A DNA stretch of 64,000 bases, taken from positions 800,001-864,000 of the forward strand of contig CBDCDS010000003.1 in assembly GCA_965215365.1 (NCBI GenBank). The letters run 5' to 3'. Position numbers and translations under genes: made by a program. Under the pieces are notes generated by a model. The model made no database searches. It saw nothing but the letters and a program-made list of their open reading frames with translations, and had not been told where the DNA came from. How positions within the stretch are numbered: position 1 is the first letter of the stretch; each line of letters begins with the position of its first letter. This document shows positions 36,801 to 46,863 of this stretch, in pieces. The DNA comes from Gammaproteobacteria bacterium (GTDB taxonomy: Bacteria > Pseudomonadota > Gammaproteobacteria > Eutrophobiales > Eutrophobiaceae).

Positions 36801-38023
36801 TCCTCGCTGCTAAAATGATCGACGATCGCTTTTATCATGCGCATTTCAGTCCCCTCCTGGGTGTAATAGTTTTCTTTATCTTCTTCGTAGAAGGGCCAGA
36901 ACTCCCAGCAGCCATACGGATTTATGTCATCTTGGCCAGTCCCAATGTTGTATGCTTGAGGGTATAAAACGACTATCCCATTAGCTTCTGCAACTCCATT
37001 AAAGGGTCCGTTATAAAACAGGTCATCGAACTGTATTTTTTTACCTGCCTTTGGGCTGCCGACTTTGCCTGTAAATGTCCATTCAGGGAATTGTTGGCAA
37101 CCGTGAAGCGCGACATGCAACTTGTCGCACTGTTCGGGGTTGCTCTTACAAACACTCGGTGTATAAACATAAAGCGTCTCACCTATGCCATGTTTGTGTA
37201 AATCATCGACCGTCTTTATTTCCGGATTATCTACGAATTGCAGTTGTTCATACGAAGTAATTTCCCCGGATGGTTCAACAGCATCTTTAATATTTCCATA
37301 TATGTGGCCCAAAATATCTTGCGCCATGGAGTATCCACCTTTAACGGGGGTATATTCATTGGGATAAGGGCAGTGATACAGCCATGGATCATTTCCACGG
37401 TACAGTTCATTGGGGAACCAAGGGTAGCTTTGAGAATTAGCAGGTGCACAAGGGGTTCCTTGATCGGCGTAATCTATATATGCATCATATTTCTCCAGTT
37501 TGGTTGGCAACCCATGTGCAATCGCGTAATCGAAGTATCCAGGAATCGCGTTCCAGGCAAGAACATTAGAGGCCGGATTGGCTGAAAAATATTGAAAAAA
37601 TAGAACCGACAGATAGCCTAATCCGGGATTTATAACTTGATCCGTAGCAGAGTTAAATATGAACACTTTGGTTTGTTTCAAATTGGAGACATTATCAATC
37701 TTGCCGTCTTTGGATAGCTCAATAGCCTTATCCTTGTATGGTTCGTAATTATCAGGCACGATAGCAGCGCCACCCATGCACTTCAGTTTAATCGCGTTAA
37801 TATCCGTCATATTCTCTGCACAAAAATAGGGACCTCCTGCGACGGAACCCACCCCCATAAAGGTTTCGGAATAAGCCACTTGCAACTGCACTGCCATATA
37901 TGCTCCGGAAGAAACACCTGAGACGGACACCTTCTTGCTTGAATTTACGTCCGCAATAACAGCGCCACTCAAAAATAACCCCATTGCTACCAACGAGAGC
38001 AGCGGACTCAATAACGCCTTCAT
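36797..38023 (-). CDS. Extracellular poly(3-hydroxybutyrate) depolymerase-like esterase
   Basis: Signal peptide, VSVSGVSSGAYMAVQ...AGGPYFCA, LHVALHGC, VLYPQ and NPYGCWEFW motifs. Confidence 0.8.
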   Translation of the reverse strand: MKALLSPLLSLVAMGLFLSGAVIADVNSSKKVSVSGVSSGAYMAVQLQVAYSETFMGVGSVAGGPYFCAENMTDINAIKLKCMGGAAIVPDNYEPYKDKAIELSKDGKIDNVSNLKQTKVFIFNSATDQVINPGLGYLSVLFFQYFSANPASNVLAWNAIPGYFDYAIAHGLPTKLEKYDAYIDYADQGTPCAPANSQSYPWFPNELYRGNDPWLYHCPYPNEYTPVKGGYSMAQDILGHIYGNIKDAVEPSGEITSYEQLQFVDNPEIKTVDDLHKHGIGETLYVYTPSVCKSNPEQCDKLHVALHGCQQFPEWTFTGKVGSPKAGKKIQFDDLFYNGPFNGVAEANGIVVLYPQAYNIGTGQDDINPYGCWEFWPFYEEDKENYYTQEGTEMRMIKAIVDHFSSED

Positions 38024-38226
38024 ATACAATCCCCCTGATGATAGTTTTTTGAAAAACTGAGGACCGGCTTCGATAGTTCAGCCTGAGGTTGACTCAATTC
38101 ATCGAAGCGCGAAAATTAATCTTTTAGACCCCATCTTCAATAAATTCTAGGAGCGATACTAGGCTAATCAATAGAAAATATTTCACGTAAAAACTACGGA
38201 AATTATTTTATCTATCAGTAAACTGA

Positions 38227-38360
38227 CAGGCAGAACCAAGACCAGCGAGAGCGCATCAAGCGCAGTGTGTTATGTGGAAAGAGTAGGAGTATTGTCATAA
38301 CTTATTGAGAGCAATCATGTTTCACAAGGCAACAAGCGACCTGGTGAGATATGCGGGTTA
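38227..38360. repeat. Degenerate half-copy of family B MITE
   Basis: Closely matches the reverse complement of about 25605-25738 (cttattgagagcaat.atgtttcacaaggcaacaagcgac...ggtgagat.tgcggg.ta). Confidence 0.75.
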
Positions 38361-38383
38361 GAGGTGGCCTTATCGGAGATACC

Positions 38384-39265
38384 GTGGTGAGTGCATTGGA
38401 CCGGATTGAGATGGTAACAGTAGCTTGCGCCGAACCGGGCGCGGTGGCGTACGCGTATCAGTGCTACTTGCATTACCGGCAGGTGGCGGCGGGTCAGGTT
38501 TCCACGCAACTGGCGCAGTTGTGGCAGCGAGATGCGCTGGCCGGCGCACCGTGCCTGCTGCTGGCGCCGGCTGCCGCTGGGCGGCACTTCGTGCGGTTGA
38601 TTCAAGTTGACGCCGACCCGGAATATCAGCCCTTCAGCGCAGCCGGGTGGAGCGCGGCCGAGATACTCGTCAACGATGTGGATCGTCTGGCGCGCGCGCT
38701 GGACGGTTCGCCGTTTACCCTTGTCGGCGCGCCTGCCGACCTGTCGTTTACCGATAAGATCCGCGCCTGCCAGGTGCTCGGGCCGGCGGCAGAAGCGCTC
38801 TACCTGACGCAGATCAAGGGTGATATTCCGGGTTTTGATTTGCCCCGCGCCCGTCAGGCCGTGGAGCACTGTTTTGTTACCATCCTGGCCACGGCTTCTC
38901 TGTCGACCAGCATGGCTTATTACCGGGCGCGCTTCGGTGTGGCCGAGGCGCCGGTTATTGAGGCGCGCATCACCTTGATGTCCGCAGCCTTTGACCTGCC
39001 GCGCGAGCGCCTGCACCGGCTCGCGGCGCTGACGCTGGGCGACCCCGCTTACCTGCTGGAAATGGATGAACTGCCGCCCGACTGCGCCCCCCGCCAGCGC
39101 CGCCCCGGGCTGTTGCCGTCTGGCATTGCCATGGTAAGTTTCAACTGTACCGGGCATCCGCACCATAACACCACCGTCACCCTGTCCGAACCTCCATACC
39201 ATGGCCGCCCGACAGGTTTCTGCACCGGTCCCTCCGGGGAACTGCTGGAATTGATCTATTCCTGA
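38384..39265 (+). CDS. VOC/glyoxalase-like two-domain protein
   Basis: GWSAAEILVNDVD, GPAAEALYLTQI and GPSGELLELI repeat pattern; start uncertain (38351 ATG lies inside the repeat). Confidence 0.6.
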   Translation: MVSALDRIEMVTVACAEPGAVAYAYQCYLHYRQVAAGQVSTQLAQLWQRDALAGAPCLLLAPAAAGRHFVRLIQVDADPEYQPFSAAGWSAAEILVNDVDRLARALDGSPFTLVGAPADLSFTDKIRACQVLGPAAEALYLTQIKGDIPGFDLPRARQAVEHCFVTILATASLSTSMAYYRARFGVAEAPVIEARITLMSAAFDLPRERLHRLAALTLGDPAYLLEMDELPPDCAPRQRRPGLLPSGIAMVSFNCTGHPHHNTTVTLSEPPYHGRPTGFCTGPSGELLELIYS

Positions 39266-39358
39266 CCGGACGACCCCTGCCCCCATCTTGGTGAGATCTG
39301 CGGGCTAAAATGTTATAGTCTCATAGCAACCTCTCAAAATGCCCTGAAAACTGTAACA

Positions 39359-40540
39359 ATGACGAATCAGGAACTGCCCCTCGCCGGGATCAAGGTAGTT
39401 GAATTTTCACACATGGTCATGGGGCCCAGCGCCGGATTGTTACTGGCTGATCTGGGCGCTGACGTCATCAAGGTAGAACCGTTGACGGGTGACAACACCC
39501 GCCGTTTGCGCGGGTCGGGCGCCGGCTACTTTTCCATGTACAACCGCAACAAGCGCAGTGTCTGTATCGACCTCAAATCTGCTCGCGGCCGGGATTTGGC
39601 TAAACGTTTGCTCAGCGCGGCGGATGTCTTTATCGAAAATTTCAGGCCCGGCGCCATGGACGCGGCCGGTTTTAGTTACGATGAACTGGCCGCGGATAAT
39701 CCCGGGTTACTGTATTACTCCGCTAGGGGCTTCCTGGCCGGGCCTTATGAGCACCGCACTGCGCTGGACGAGGTGGCGCAGATGATGGGTGGCCTGGCCT
39801 ACATGACCGGCCCGCCGGGGCAACCGCTCCGCGCCGGCACTTCGGTTATCGATGTGGTCGGTGGCATGTTTGGGGTGATCGGGCTGCTCTCGGCCCTGGA
39901 GCTGCGCCGCCGCACCGGGCGCGGTCAGCACGTCAACAGCGCCTTGTTTGAAAGCACGGCCTTCCTGGTCGGCCAGCACATGGCGCAACATGCCGTCACC
40001 GGGACGCCGGCCCCGCCCATGCCGGTGCGGGTGTCGGCCTGGGCAGTTTATGACATCTTCACCTGCAAGGACGAGCAGCAGGTGTTTGTGGCTGTGGTCA
40101 GCGATACCCAATGGCGCAAATTCTGCGCTGAGTTTGCCTTGGATGAGTTCGCCCGTGATGACACGCTGGCCGAAAACAACAGCCGCGTGCAACAGCGCGA
40201 CCTGATTCTGCCGCGGGTACGCGCATTGTTTCTTGAATTGAACTCAGCACAGCTCATGACGCAACTCAACCGGTGCGGCCTGCCCTATGCGCCGGTGTCT
40301 AGGCCGGAAGACCTGTCTGCAGACCCGCACCTGCTGGCCTCTGGCGGCCTGTTGGACGTGACTACGCCGGACGGCAAAGCCACCCGGCTGCCGGCACTGC
40401 CGGTGCAGCTGGACGGAAAACGTCCGGGCTTGCGGCGCGACGTGCCGAGACAGGGCGAGCACACCCGCGAGGTAATGCGGGAACTGGGGCTGACGGATGC
40501 CGCTATCGAGGCGCTGGTCAACGATGGGGTGTTAGCTTAA
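39359..40540 (+). CDS. CoA transferase family III (CaiB/BaiF)
   Basis: PLAGIKVVE, LADLGADVIKVE, NRNKRS, ENFRPG and GEHT motifs. Confidence 0.92.
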   Translation: MTNQELPLAGIKVVEFSHMVMGPSAGLLLADLGADVIKVEPLTGDNTRRLRGSGAGYFSMYNRNKRSVCIDLKSARGRDLAKRLLSAADVFIENFRPGAMDAAGFSYDELAADNPGLLYYSARGFLAGPYEHRTALDEVAQMMGGLAYMTGPPGQPLRAGTSVIDVVGGMFGVIGLLSALELRRRTGRGQHVNSALFESTAFLVGQHMAQHAVTGTPAPPMPVRVSAWAVYDIFTCKDEQQVFVAVVSDTQWRKFCAEFALDEFARDDTLAENNSRVQQRDLILPRVRALFLELNSAQLMTQLNRCGLPYAPVSRPEDLSADPHLLASGGLLDVTTPDGKATRLPALPVQLDGKRPGLRRDVPRQGEHTREVMRELGLTDAAIEALVNDGVLA

Positions 40541-40589
40541 GGTCACCTCTAAAAATACCACGGAGGGTATTTTTAGAGGTGACCTTAAG
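40536..40589. repeat. Near-perfect 54-bp palindrome (family A) between convergent genes, likely also a terminator
   Basis: cttaaggtcacctctaaaaatacc-acggag-ggtatttttagaggtgaccttaag. Confidence 0.8.
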
Positions 40590-41229
40590 GAAACCTTAAA
40601 TAAGCCCAGCTGCGCTGCTGTCGGTCTCTGGCCTGAAACTTCTCTATCGCATCTTGGCGTTGCAGGGTCAGGTCTATGGCGTCCATGCCCTGTAGCAGCA
40701 GCTCCCGGTAAAGCGGCTCGATCCGGAAGCGGTAACTCAAGCCGGTGGCAGTGGCAACCGTGGTGTTGTGCAAGTCGATAGTAATGCGCGCCGCGTCAGC
40801 ATGGCATAGGTTGAGGATGGTCGCCTCCGGCAGCCTTACCGGCAACAGGCCGTTGCGCATGGCGTTATGGTAAAAAATTGAGCCGAAGCCCGGGGCGATG
40901 ACCGCCCTGAAACCGTATTCCAGCAACGCCCACACCGCGTGCTCGCGGGAAGAACCGCAGCCGAAGTTGGCGCCAGCCAGCAAGATGCCGGCGTTGGCGT
41001 ACTGCGGTTGGTTGAGCACAAAATCAGGATTAAGGGCGCGCGCCTCGCGCGCCGTGTTCAGGTAACGCCAGCCGGCAAACAGACCGGCGCCCAAACCCCG
41101 TTTTGATACCAGGCGCATCTCCCGGGACGGGATAATGGCGTCGGTGTCGATATTATTGCGCAGTAACGGCACGGCGACGCCTTCATAGGTGCCGAAGGGT
41201 TTCATGAGCAGTTGCTCATGGGTTCTCAC
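40585..41229 (-). CDS. leuD: 3-isopropylmalate dehydratase small subunit-like (LeuD paralog)
   Basis: NIDTDAIIP, NFGCGSSREHAVWAL and FGSIFY-x-N motifs. Confidence 0.8.
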   Translation of the reverse strand: MRTHEQLLMKPFGTYEGVAVPLLRNNIDTDAIIPSREMRLVSKRGLGAGLFAGWRYLNTAREARALNPDFVLNQPQYANAGILLAGANFGCGSSREHAVWALLEYGFRAVIAPGFGSIFYHNAMRNGLLPVRLPEATILNLCHADAARITIDLHNTTVATATGLSYRFRIEPLYRELLLQGMDAIDLTLQRQDAIEKFQARDRQQRSWAYLRFP

Positions 41230-41249
41230 GCGCCGTGTTCGGCACCCGC

Positions 41250-42659
41250 TCAGCTGGCGGCAAAATCACGCGCATCCGCGATACGACCTTTAAGCGCCGA
41301 GGCCGCCACGGTCGCCGGACTCGCTAGGTGCGAGCGCACGCCGGGACCCTGGCGCCCTTCAAAGTTGCGATTGGTGCTGGTGATCACGCGGGCGCCGACC
41401 GGGAAGCCCTCACCACCGGCATAGAAACACAGCGAACAGCCCGCCTCGCGCCACTCAAAGCCAGCCTCCAAGAAGATCTCGTGCAGTCCCTCCTGTTCGG
41501 CCGCATGTTTGACCTGAGTGGAGCCGGGCACACAGATCGCCTTCACCCCCGCTGCAATTCTGTTGCCTTTGAGTACCGCGGCGGCCGCGCGCAGGTCACT
41601 GAGTCGGCTGTTGGTGCAGGAGCCGATAAACGCCGCGTCCACCGGCACCGAAGCAATGGCGCGCCCGGCCTGCAAGTCCATGTACTCCAGCGCCCGCTCC
41701 ATGCCGTTGCGGGTGAGCGCATCCGTCTCCGCGCCCGGGTCCGGTATCTGCTCACACACGCCTATCGTATGTTGCGGGCTGGTGCCCCAGGTAACACCAG
41801 GCGCAACCTGCGTCAGGTCCAGGCTCAGCGCCCTGTCATAGACGGCGCCGGCGTCAGTATGCAGTTTGCGCCAGTAATCCTGCGCCGCGTCCCAGGCGCG
41901 GCCGGTCGGTGTGTAGGGCCGTCCGGCAACATAGTTCAGCGTGGCCTGATCAGGTGCAATCAGCGCGCTGAATGCGGAAAACTCCACGGCCATGTTGCAC
42001 AAGGTCATACGGGCTTCCACGGAGAGTTGCCCGAGGCCCGGCCCATGGAACTCAAGCACGCAACCGCCGGCGCCGGCTGCCGTGTACTGTCCCGTCAGTT
42101 GCAGTATCACGTCCTTGGCCGTGACCCCCGGCAGCAGCTGGCCTTCCAGGCACACCCCCAACTGCCCCGGTTTGACGACCCTTAAGGTTTCGGTGACCAG
42201 CGCATGTTCGCAGTCGCCGGAACCGATGCCCCAAGCCAATGCGCCCAGCGCGCCCAGCGTGCAGGTATGGCTGTCGGGACAAACCAGGGTCAGGCCGGGC
42301 AGCGCGATCCCCTGTTCTGCGGCAATCACGTGGGAGATACCCTGGCGCCGGTCGTCGAGGTCGAACAGGGTAATGCCGGCGCGCCGGGCCTCCCCGCGCA
42401 GACGGGTGATGAACTCCTCACCGCCGGGCATGGTAGTACGGTCACCACGGCCGGGAAAGGTATCGACGATGTGGTCCATGGTGGCGAACACCTGTTGCGG
42501 ATTTTTTACCCGGCGGCCTTGTTCTGCCATGCAGCTCAGGGCAATGCTGCCGGTGCGCTCATGCAGGAAGACCCGGTCGATATGCAGCAGGCAGGAACCG
42601 TCTCCTAAGTCGGCGATCAGGTGGTCATCCCAGATTTTTTCAAATATTGTGTTTGGCAT
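41250..42659 (-). CDS. leuC: 3-isopropylmalate dehydratase large subunit-like aconitase-family hydratase (LeuC paralog)
   Basis: DSHT, FIGSCTN, GCSLC and STNRNFEGRQG motifs; divergent HERTG and CPDSHT; no leuB or leuA adjacent. Confidence 0.8.
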   Translation of the reverse strand: MPNTIFEKIWDDHLIADLGDGSCLLHIDRVFLHERTGSIALSCMAEQGRRVKNPQQVFATMDHIVDTFPGRGDRTTMPGGEEFITRLRGEARRAGITLFDLDDRRQGISHVIAAEQGIALPGLTLVCPDSHTCTLGALGALAWGIGSGDCEHALVTETLRVVKPGQLGVCLEGQLLPGVTAKDVILQLTGQYTAAGAGGCVLEFHGPGLGQLSVEARMTLCNMAVEFSAFSALIAPDQATLNYVAGRPYTPTGRAWDAAQDYWRKLHTDAGAVYDRALSLDLTQVAPGVTWGTSPQHTIGVCEQIPDPGAETDALTRNGMERALEYMDLQAGRAIASVPVDAAFIGSCTNSRLSDLRAAAAVLKGNRIAAGVKAICVPGSTQVKHAAEQEGLHEIFLEAGFEWREAGCSLCFYAGGEGFPVGARVITSTNRNFEGRQGPGVRSHLASPATVAASALKGRIADARDFAAS

Positions 42660-42714
42660 CGTATACCATAAAAGTATAGCATTAGAACTTTATCGATATT
42701 GCACGGGTAGCGCT

Positions 42715-44193
42715 ATGACAGTTGACTTGTTGATCAAGAACGCGAGAGTGGTCAGGCCGGGCGTCAGTCTGGTTGAGACCATGGACATTGCGATAGACCA
42801 GGGTAAATTCAGTCGTATTGCCCCGACCATCGACCCGACCGGCGCGCGCCAGGTGGTGGACGGCAAGCAATATCTGGCCTTCCCCGGCGTAGTCGATGCC
42901 CACATGCACACCGGCATTTACTCGCCGCTACCCGAAGATGCGGTTAGCGAAAGCCGGGCGGCGGCCATGGGCGGCGTGACTACCAGCCTGAATTACATGC
43001 GCACCGGCAAGTACTACCTGAACAAGAGCGGCCCTTACCGGGAGTTTTTTCCCGAAGTGCTGGAACAGTCCGCCGGGCGCTTCCATGTGGATTACGCCTA
43101 CCACCTGGCGCCGATGATGGCGGCCCACATCGATGAGATTGACGACCTAGTGGAACGCTTCGGCGTCACTTCGTTCAAAATTTTCATGTTCTACGGCTCC
43201 CACGGCCTGCATGGCAAATCCGAAGACCAGAGCGGCTTCCTTATGATCGACAGTGACGAGCATTATGATTTCGCCCACTTCGAGTTCATCATGCGCGGCA
43301 TCCGTCGAGCCATGGACCGCTTCCCTGACAAGGCGCAGCAAATCAGTCTGAGCATGCACTGTGAGACGGCGGAGATCATGCGCGCTTACACGCGCCTGGT
43401 CGAGGAGGAAGGCCGCCTCAGCGGCCTGCCCGCCTACCATGCCTCGCGCCCGCCACATTCGGAAGGGCTGGCGATATTCATTGCCTCTTATCTGGCCCAT
43501 GAAACGGATTGCGTGAATATCAACCTGTTGCATCTGACCTCGCGCAAGGCCGTGGAAGCGGCGCTGCTGATGGCCGAAGCGTTCCCCCATATCGATTTTC
43601 GCCGCGAGGTCACCATCGGCCACCTGGTGCTGGATATCGACGCGCCGACCGGGGCGCTGGCCAAGGTCAACCCGCCCATCCGCCCGCGCGCGGATGTGGA
43701 ATACCTGTGGGAAAAGCTGCTGGAAGGAAAAGTTGACTGGGTAGTCAGCGACCATGCCTGCTGCAAGCATGAACTCAAGGTCAACGCCGAGACGCCCGAA
43801 AACGTGTTCTTGGCCAAGTCCGGCTTTGGCGGCACCGAATACCTGCTGCCGGCATTGCTCACTGAAGGCACCCGGCGCGGCCTGAGTCTGAATCGCATTG
43901 CCGAGCTCACCAGCTACAACCCGGCCCGCCGCTACGGCCTCAACGGCAAGGGCGATATCGCCCCCGGCTGTGACGCCGACCTGGTACTGGTCGACCCCAA
44001 CGAAACCTGGGTCGTGCAGGCACAGAACTCTCCCTCCAACCAGGGTTACACCCCGTTTGAAGGCATCGAGCTAACCGCCCGGGTCAAACAAACCTGGCTG
44101 CGCGGTCGCCTCATCTATGACGGCAACGTCATCGGTGAACCTATGGGTAAATTCCTGAAACGGCCGTATCAGCACGGTTTGGCGCCAGCATGA
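42715..44193 (+). CDS. Cyclic amidohydrolase (allantoinase/dihydropyrimidinase/dihydroorotase family)
   Basis: DAHMH, FKIFM carbamylated-Lys position, MHCE, KVNPPIR and SDHA motifs; true start MTVDLLIKNA at 42715. Confidence 0.88.
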   Translation: MTVDLLIKNARVVRPGVSLVETMDIAIDQGKFSRIAPTIDPTGARQVVDGKQYLAFPGVVDAHMHTGIYSPLPEDAVSESRAAAMGGVTTSLNYMRTGKYYLNKSGPYREFFPEVLEQSAGRFHVDYAYHLAPMMAAHIDEIDDLVERFGVTSFKIFMFYGSHGLHGKSEDQSGFLMIDSDEHYDFAHFEFIMRGIRRAMDRFPDKAQQISLSMHCETAEIMRAYTRLVEEEGRLSGLPAYHASRPPHSEGLAIFIASYLAHETDCVNINLLHLTSRKAVEAALLMAEAFPHIDFRREVTIGHLVLDIDAPTGALAKVNPPIRPRADVEYLWEKLLEGKVDWVVSDHACCKHELKVNAETPENVFLAKSGFGGTEYLLPALLTEGTRRGLSLNRIAELTSYNPARRYGLNGKGDIAPGCDADLVLVDPNETWVVQAQNSPSNQGYTPFEGIELTARVKQTWLRGRLIYDGNVIGEPMGKFLKRPYQHGLAPA

Positions 44194-46823
44194 AAAACCC
44201 AGCAAAATCCTCGCTGCTAACCTCTGAAAATACCCTGCGCGGCGGTGCCCTGATATTTGTGGCCGGGCTGGCGTTAGCGCTGGCTGGTTGTGGCGGTGGC
44301 GGCGGCGGTGGCAATGTCAGGCCGGCGCCGCCGGTGGTGGCGCCGCAGCCATCGCTACCGACCGAGCCAGCGCCGTCGGAAAGCGAGCTGCGGGCGGAGT
44401 TTGCCGAGCATCCGCAGTTTCGGAACCAGCCGGCGCTGGAGCAGGTCAACGCGCATTATGCGTACGCGCGCGGTGCCACCGGTGCCGGCATTACCATCGG
44501 CATCATTGACGACGGCGTCGATGCGGAACACCCGGCGTTGACCGGAAAAATCCACCCGGATTCGTTTTATGCCGATGGCTACGACCCGGACTTCAGCGCT
44601 TGCAACATGCGCGCGGCAGATGGTGCCTGCCTCGACGGTGGCCTGTCACACGGCACTTATGTGGCCGGCATCATGGCCGCGCGCCGCAACGAAAATGCGG
44701 CTGCCGTCACCGGTGACTCCCAGGCTGTACACGGCGTTGCCTTCGACGCCGAACTGTTCTCGGTGGGTATTGCTCTGAGTGAAGCGTCGGAGGTATATGA
44801 ACCCGTGACGCTTACCGGTCTTGGCGTTTACGGCCCGGATCTGGCCGATCTTGTTGCGGGAGTCCCCAGCGCCGTGACTGTGCTCAATCTGAGCATAGGA
44901 TTTCCCGGCAATATTGAGGAGTATTCCGCCGCGGAACTGCGCGCGGCGTTGCCGCGCTTGATAAACACCATGGCGCAGGCAGACACGCCGGCCGCGGCGC
45001 GCACCGTCTACGTCTGGGCTGCCGGCAACGCCCGCGGTGAGCGGCGGTCTGACGGCACTATCGAACAGGCTGACTCGGTGGAGGTCTTGTCGGGGCTCGC
45101 CGCCCGCATCCCGGAACTGCGCGGCCACTCTCTGGCTGTGGTTGCCACCGGCCCGGGCGGTGACATCGCGGGCTTTTCCAACCGTTGCGGCATTGCCGCT
45201 GATTACTGTCTGGCCGCACCGGGAATAGAGGTGCATGGCCCGTCCCCCAACAACTATTGCCCGACCGGCACGGCAGAATGTTACACCAGTGCTTCGGGCA
45301 CCTCCGCGGCCGCCCCCATCGTCAGCGGCAGTGTCGCATTGCTGGCGCAGCACTACCGTGAGCAACTGGGTCATGACGAGCTCGTGGCGCGCCTGCTGCA
45401 CACGGCCAACAAGGAAGGCATCTACGCAGACGCAGACCTGTACGGCCAGGGCTTGCTTGACCTGGACGCCGCCACCCGGCCCGTAGGGGAAACCAGATTG
45501 CTTATGGGCCAATCCCTGGGCGGCCCCGCCGCCCCGGTTCAACTCAGCGCCCTGGCCGCAGCGCCGGCTTTCGGCGATGCACTGGCGCGCGCGCTGGACG
45601 GCTACGCAGTGGCCGCTTTTGATACCTTGAATGCGCCGTTCTTCCACGCACTGGGTGAGTATATCCAGCCAGCCGTGGTGCCGGCGCGCCTGGAGGAGCG
45701 TCTCCACACCCTGGGCAATGACCCGCGCGGTGCCTTGTGGGAGACTGGGGAGTACCAGTTACGTGCCCGCCTAGAGCATGGCCGCGCAAGGTTCAACGCG
45801 TTTCCGGTCTGGCGCCGGGCGGGGCAGTATGGTTGGCCCGCTGGTTTACCCGACGCCGCGCGCAGCGCTGCGCGCCTGTTCCCGGGGCAGGTTTTGGGCC
45901 AGCTTCCGGGCGGCCCGCAACTGGAGTCCTTGTCACTGACCCGCCGCGTTGCGGCTGGAGAGTTCTATTTCGGCGTACGCAGCCATCCTGGCTGGCAGTT
46001 TGGCTTGCATGGGTTGGCGCGCGCCGCCGGCACCGGCCATGCCGCGCTCACCCCCGGGCTGTTCTCCGATGATGCAGCCTTTGCCAACCCATATCTCAAC
46101 TTTGTGCGCGATGGTGTCAGCGCCGGGTTGTCCGTGGCTGGCGGTAACGGCGCGTTCAGCATCGCCGGGTTCCACGGCGCCACGCAATACGGCGAACGGC
46201 GCGATCCCGATTCCAGCCACGCCGCCGGGGCGCTGGCTGAATACCGCTTTGATAATGGCTTCCTTGCCGGCACTGCCGTACAGGCCGGCTGGTTGATGGA
46301 ACCGCGCCAACTGGCCGGCAGCCGTTCCCGCGGCGCTTTCGGTGAACTCGGCAGTGCCAGCGGTTTCATAGGTGTTGCCGGACGCTATCCGCTGAGTGAC
46401 CGTTGGACCGCCTTGGGCAGCGTCCATGCCGGGCTGAGCCGGCCGCGGCTGGCGCAACCGGGTATGCTGCAAGACCTGTCGGTATTGTGGAGCAGTGCCT
46501 TCAGCCTCGGCATCATCGGCACCGACCTTGCCCATAAACAGGACCGGCTGGCCCTGCGCCTGTCGCAACCCCTACGCGTGGAGCGGGGAGACGCCCGCTT
46601 GGTCTGGGTCTCAGGCCGCACTCGGCAACGGCACGCGCTGCTCGAATATACGGCCTTGAACCTAGAGCCCTCCGGTCGCCAGCTGGACCTGGAATTCGCC
46701 TACAGCCGCCCCTGGAAAGCGGGGCGCGCCCACCTCGGCGCACTTGCCACACATCAGCACGGACATACTCGCGGCGCCCACGACTTGGCCCTGTTCATGC
46801 GCTACCAGCGCAGCTTTTACTGA
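44190..46823 (+). CDS. Lipoprotein subtilisin-like (S8) serine protease with C-terminal beta-barrel-like region
   Basis: LALAGC-GGGG lipobox; triad motifs IIDDG, SHGTYVAG and SGTSAAAP; C-terminus SQPLRVE...GRQLDLE with terminal aromatic residue. Confidence 0.85.
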   Translation: MKNPAKSSLLTSENTLRGGALIFVAGLALALAGCGGGGGGGNVRPAPPVVAPQPSLPTEPAPSESELRAEFAEHPQFRNQPALEQVNAHYAYARGATGAGITIGIIDDGVDAEHPALTGKIHPDSFYADGYDPDFSACNMRAADGACLDGGLSHGTYVAGIMAARRNENAAAVTGDSQAVHGVAFDAELFSVGIALSEASEVYEPVTLTGLGVYGPDLADLVAGVPSAVTVLNLSIGFPGNIEEYSAAELRAALPRLINTMAQADTPAAARTVYVWAAGNARGERRSDGTIEQADSVEVLSGLAARIPELRGHSLAVVATGPGGDIAGFSNRCGIAADYCLAAPGIEVHGPSPNNYCPTGTAECYTSASGTSAAAPIVSGSVALLAQHYREQLGHDELVARLLHTANKEGIYADADLYGQGLLDLDAATRPVGETRLLMGQSLGGPAAPVQLSALAAAPAFGDALARALDGYAVAAFDTLNAPFFHALGEYIQPAVVPARLEERLHTLGNDPRGALWETGEYQLRARLEHGRARFNAFPVWRRAGQYGWPAGLPDAARSAARLFPGQVLGQLPGGPQLESLSLTRRVAAGEFYFGVRSHPGWQFGLHGLARAAGTGHAALTPGLFSDDAAFANPYLNFVRDGVSAGLSVAGGNGAFSIAGFHGATQYGERRDPDSSHAAGALAEYRFDNGFLAGTAVQAGWLMEPRQLAGSRSRGAFGELGSASGFIGVAGRYPLSDRWTALGSVHAGLSRPRLAQPGMLQDLSVLWSSAFSLGIIGTDLAHKQDRLALRLSQPLRVERGDARLVWVSGRTRQRHALLEYTALNLEPSGRQLDLEFAYSRPWKAGRAHLGALATHQHGHTRGAHDLALFMRYQRSFY

Positions 46824-46863
46824 ATCAAACGATGCTGATGGACGTAGCGCGCACTCGTTCACC

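Noticed and set aside
41992-42714. N-terminal 241-aa extension of the amidohydrolase (apparent 733-aa fusion)
   Set aside because: It lies antisense to leuC; the family N-terminus begins at MTVDLLIKNA (42715).
46744-46863. N-terminal extension of BioA
   Set aside because: It overlaps the S8 protease 3' end; BioA homology begins at MNSPLLQIDRALLWHPY (46864).
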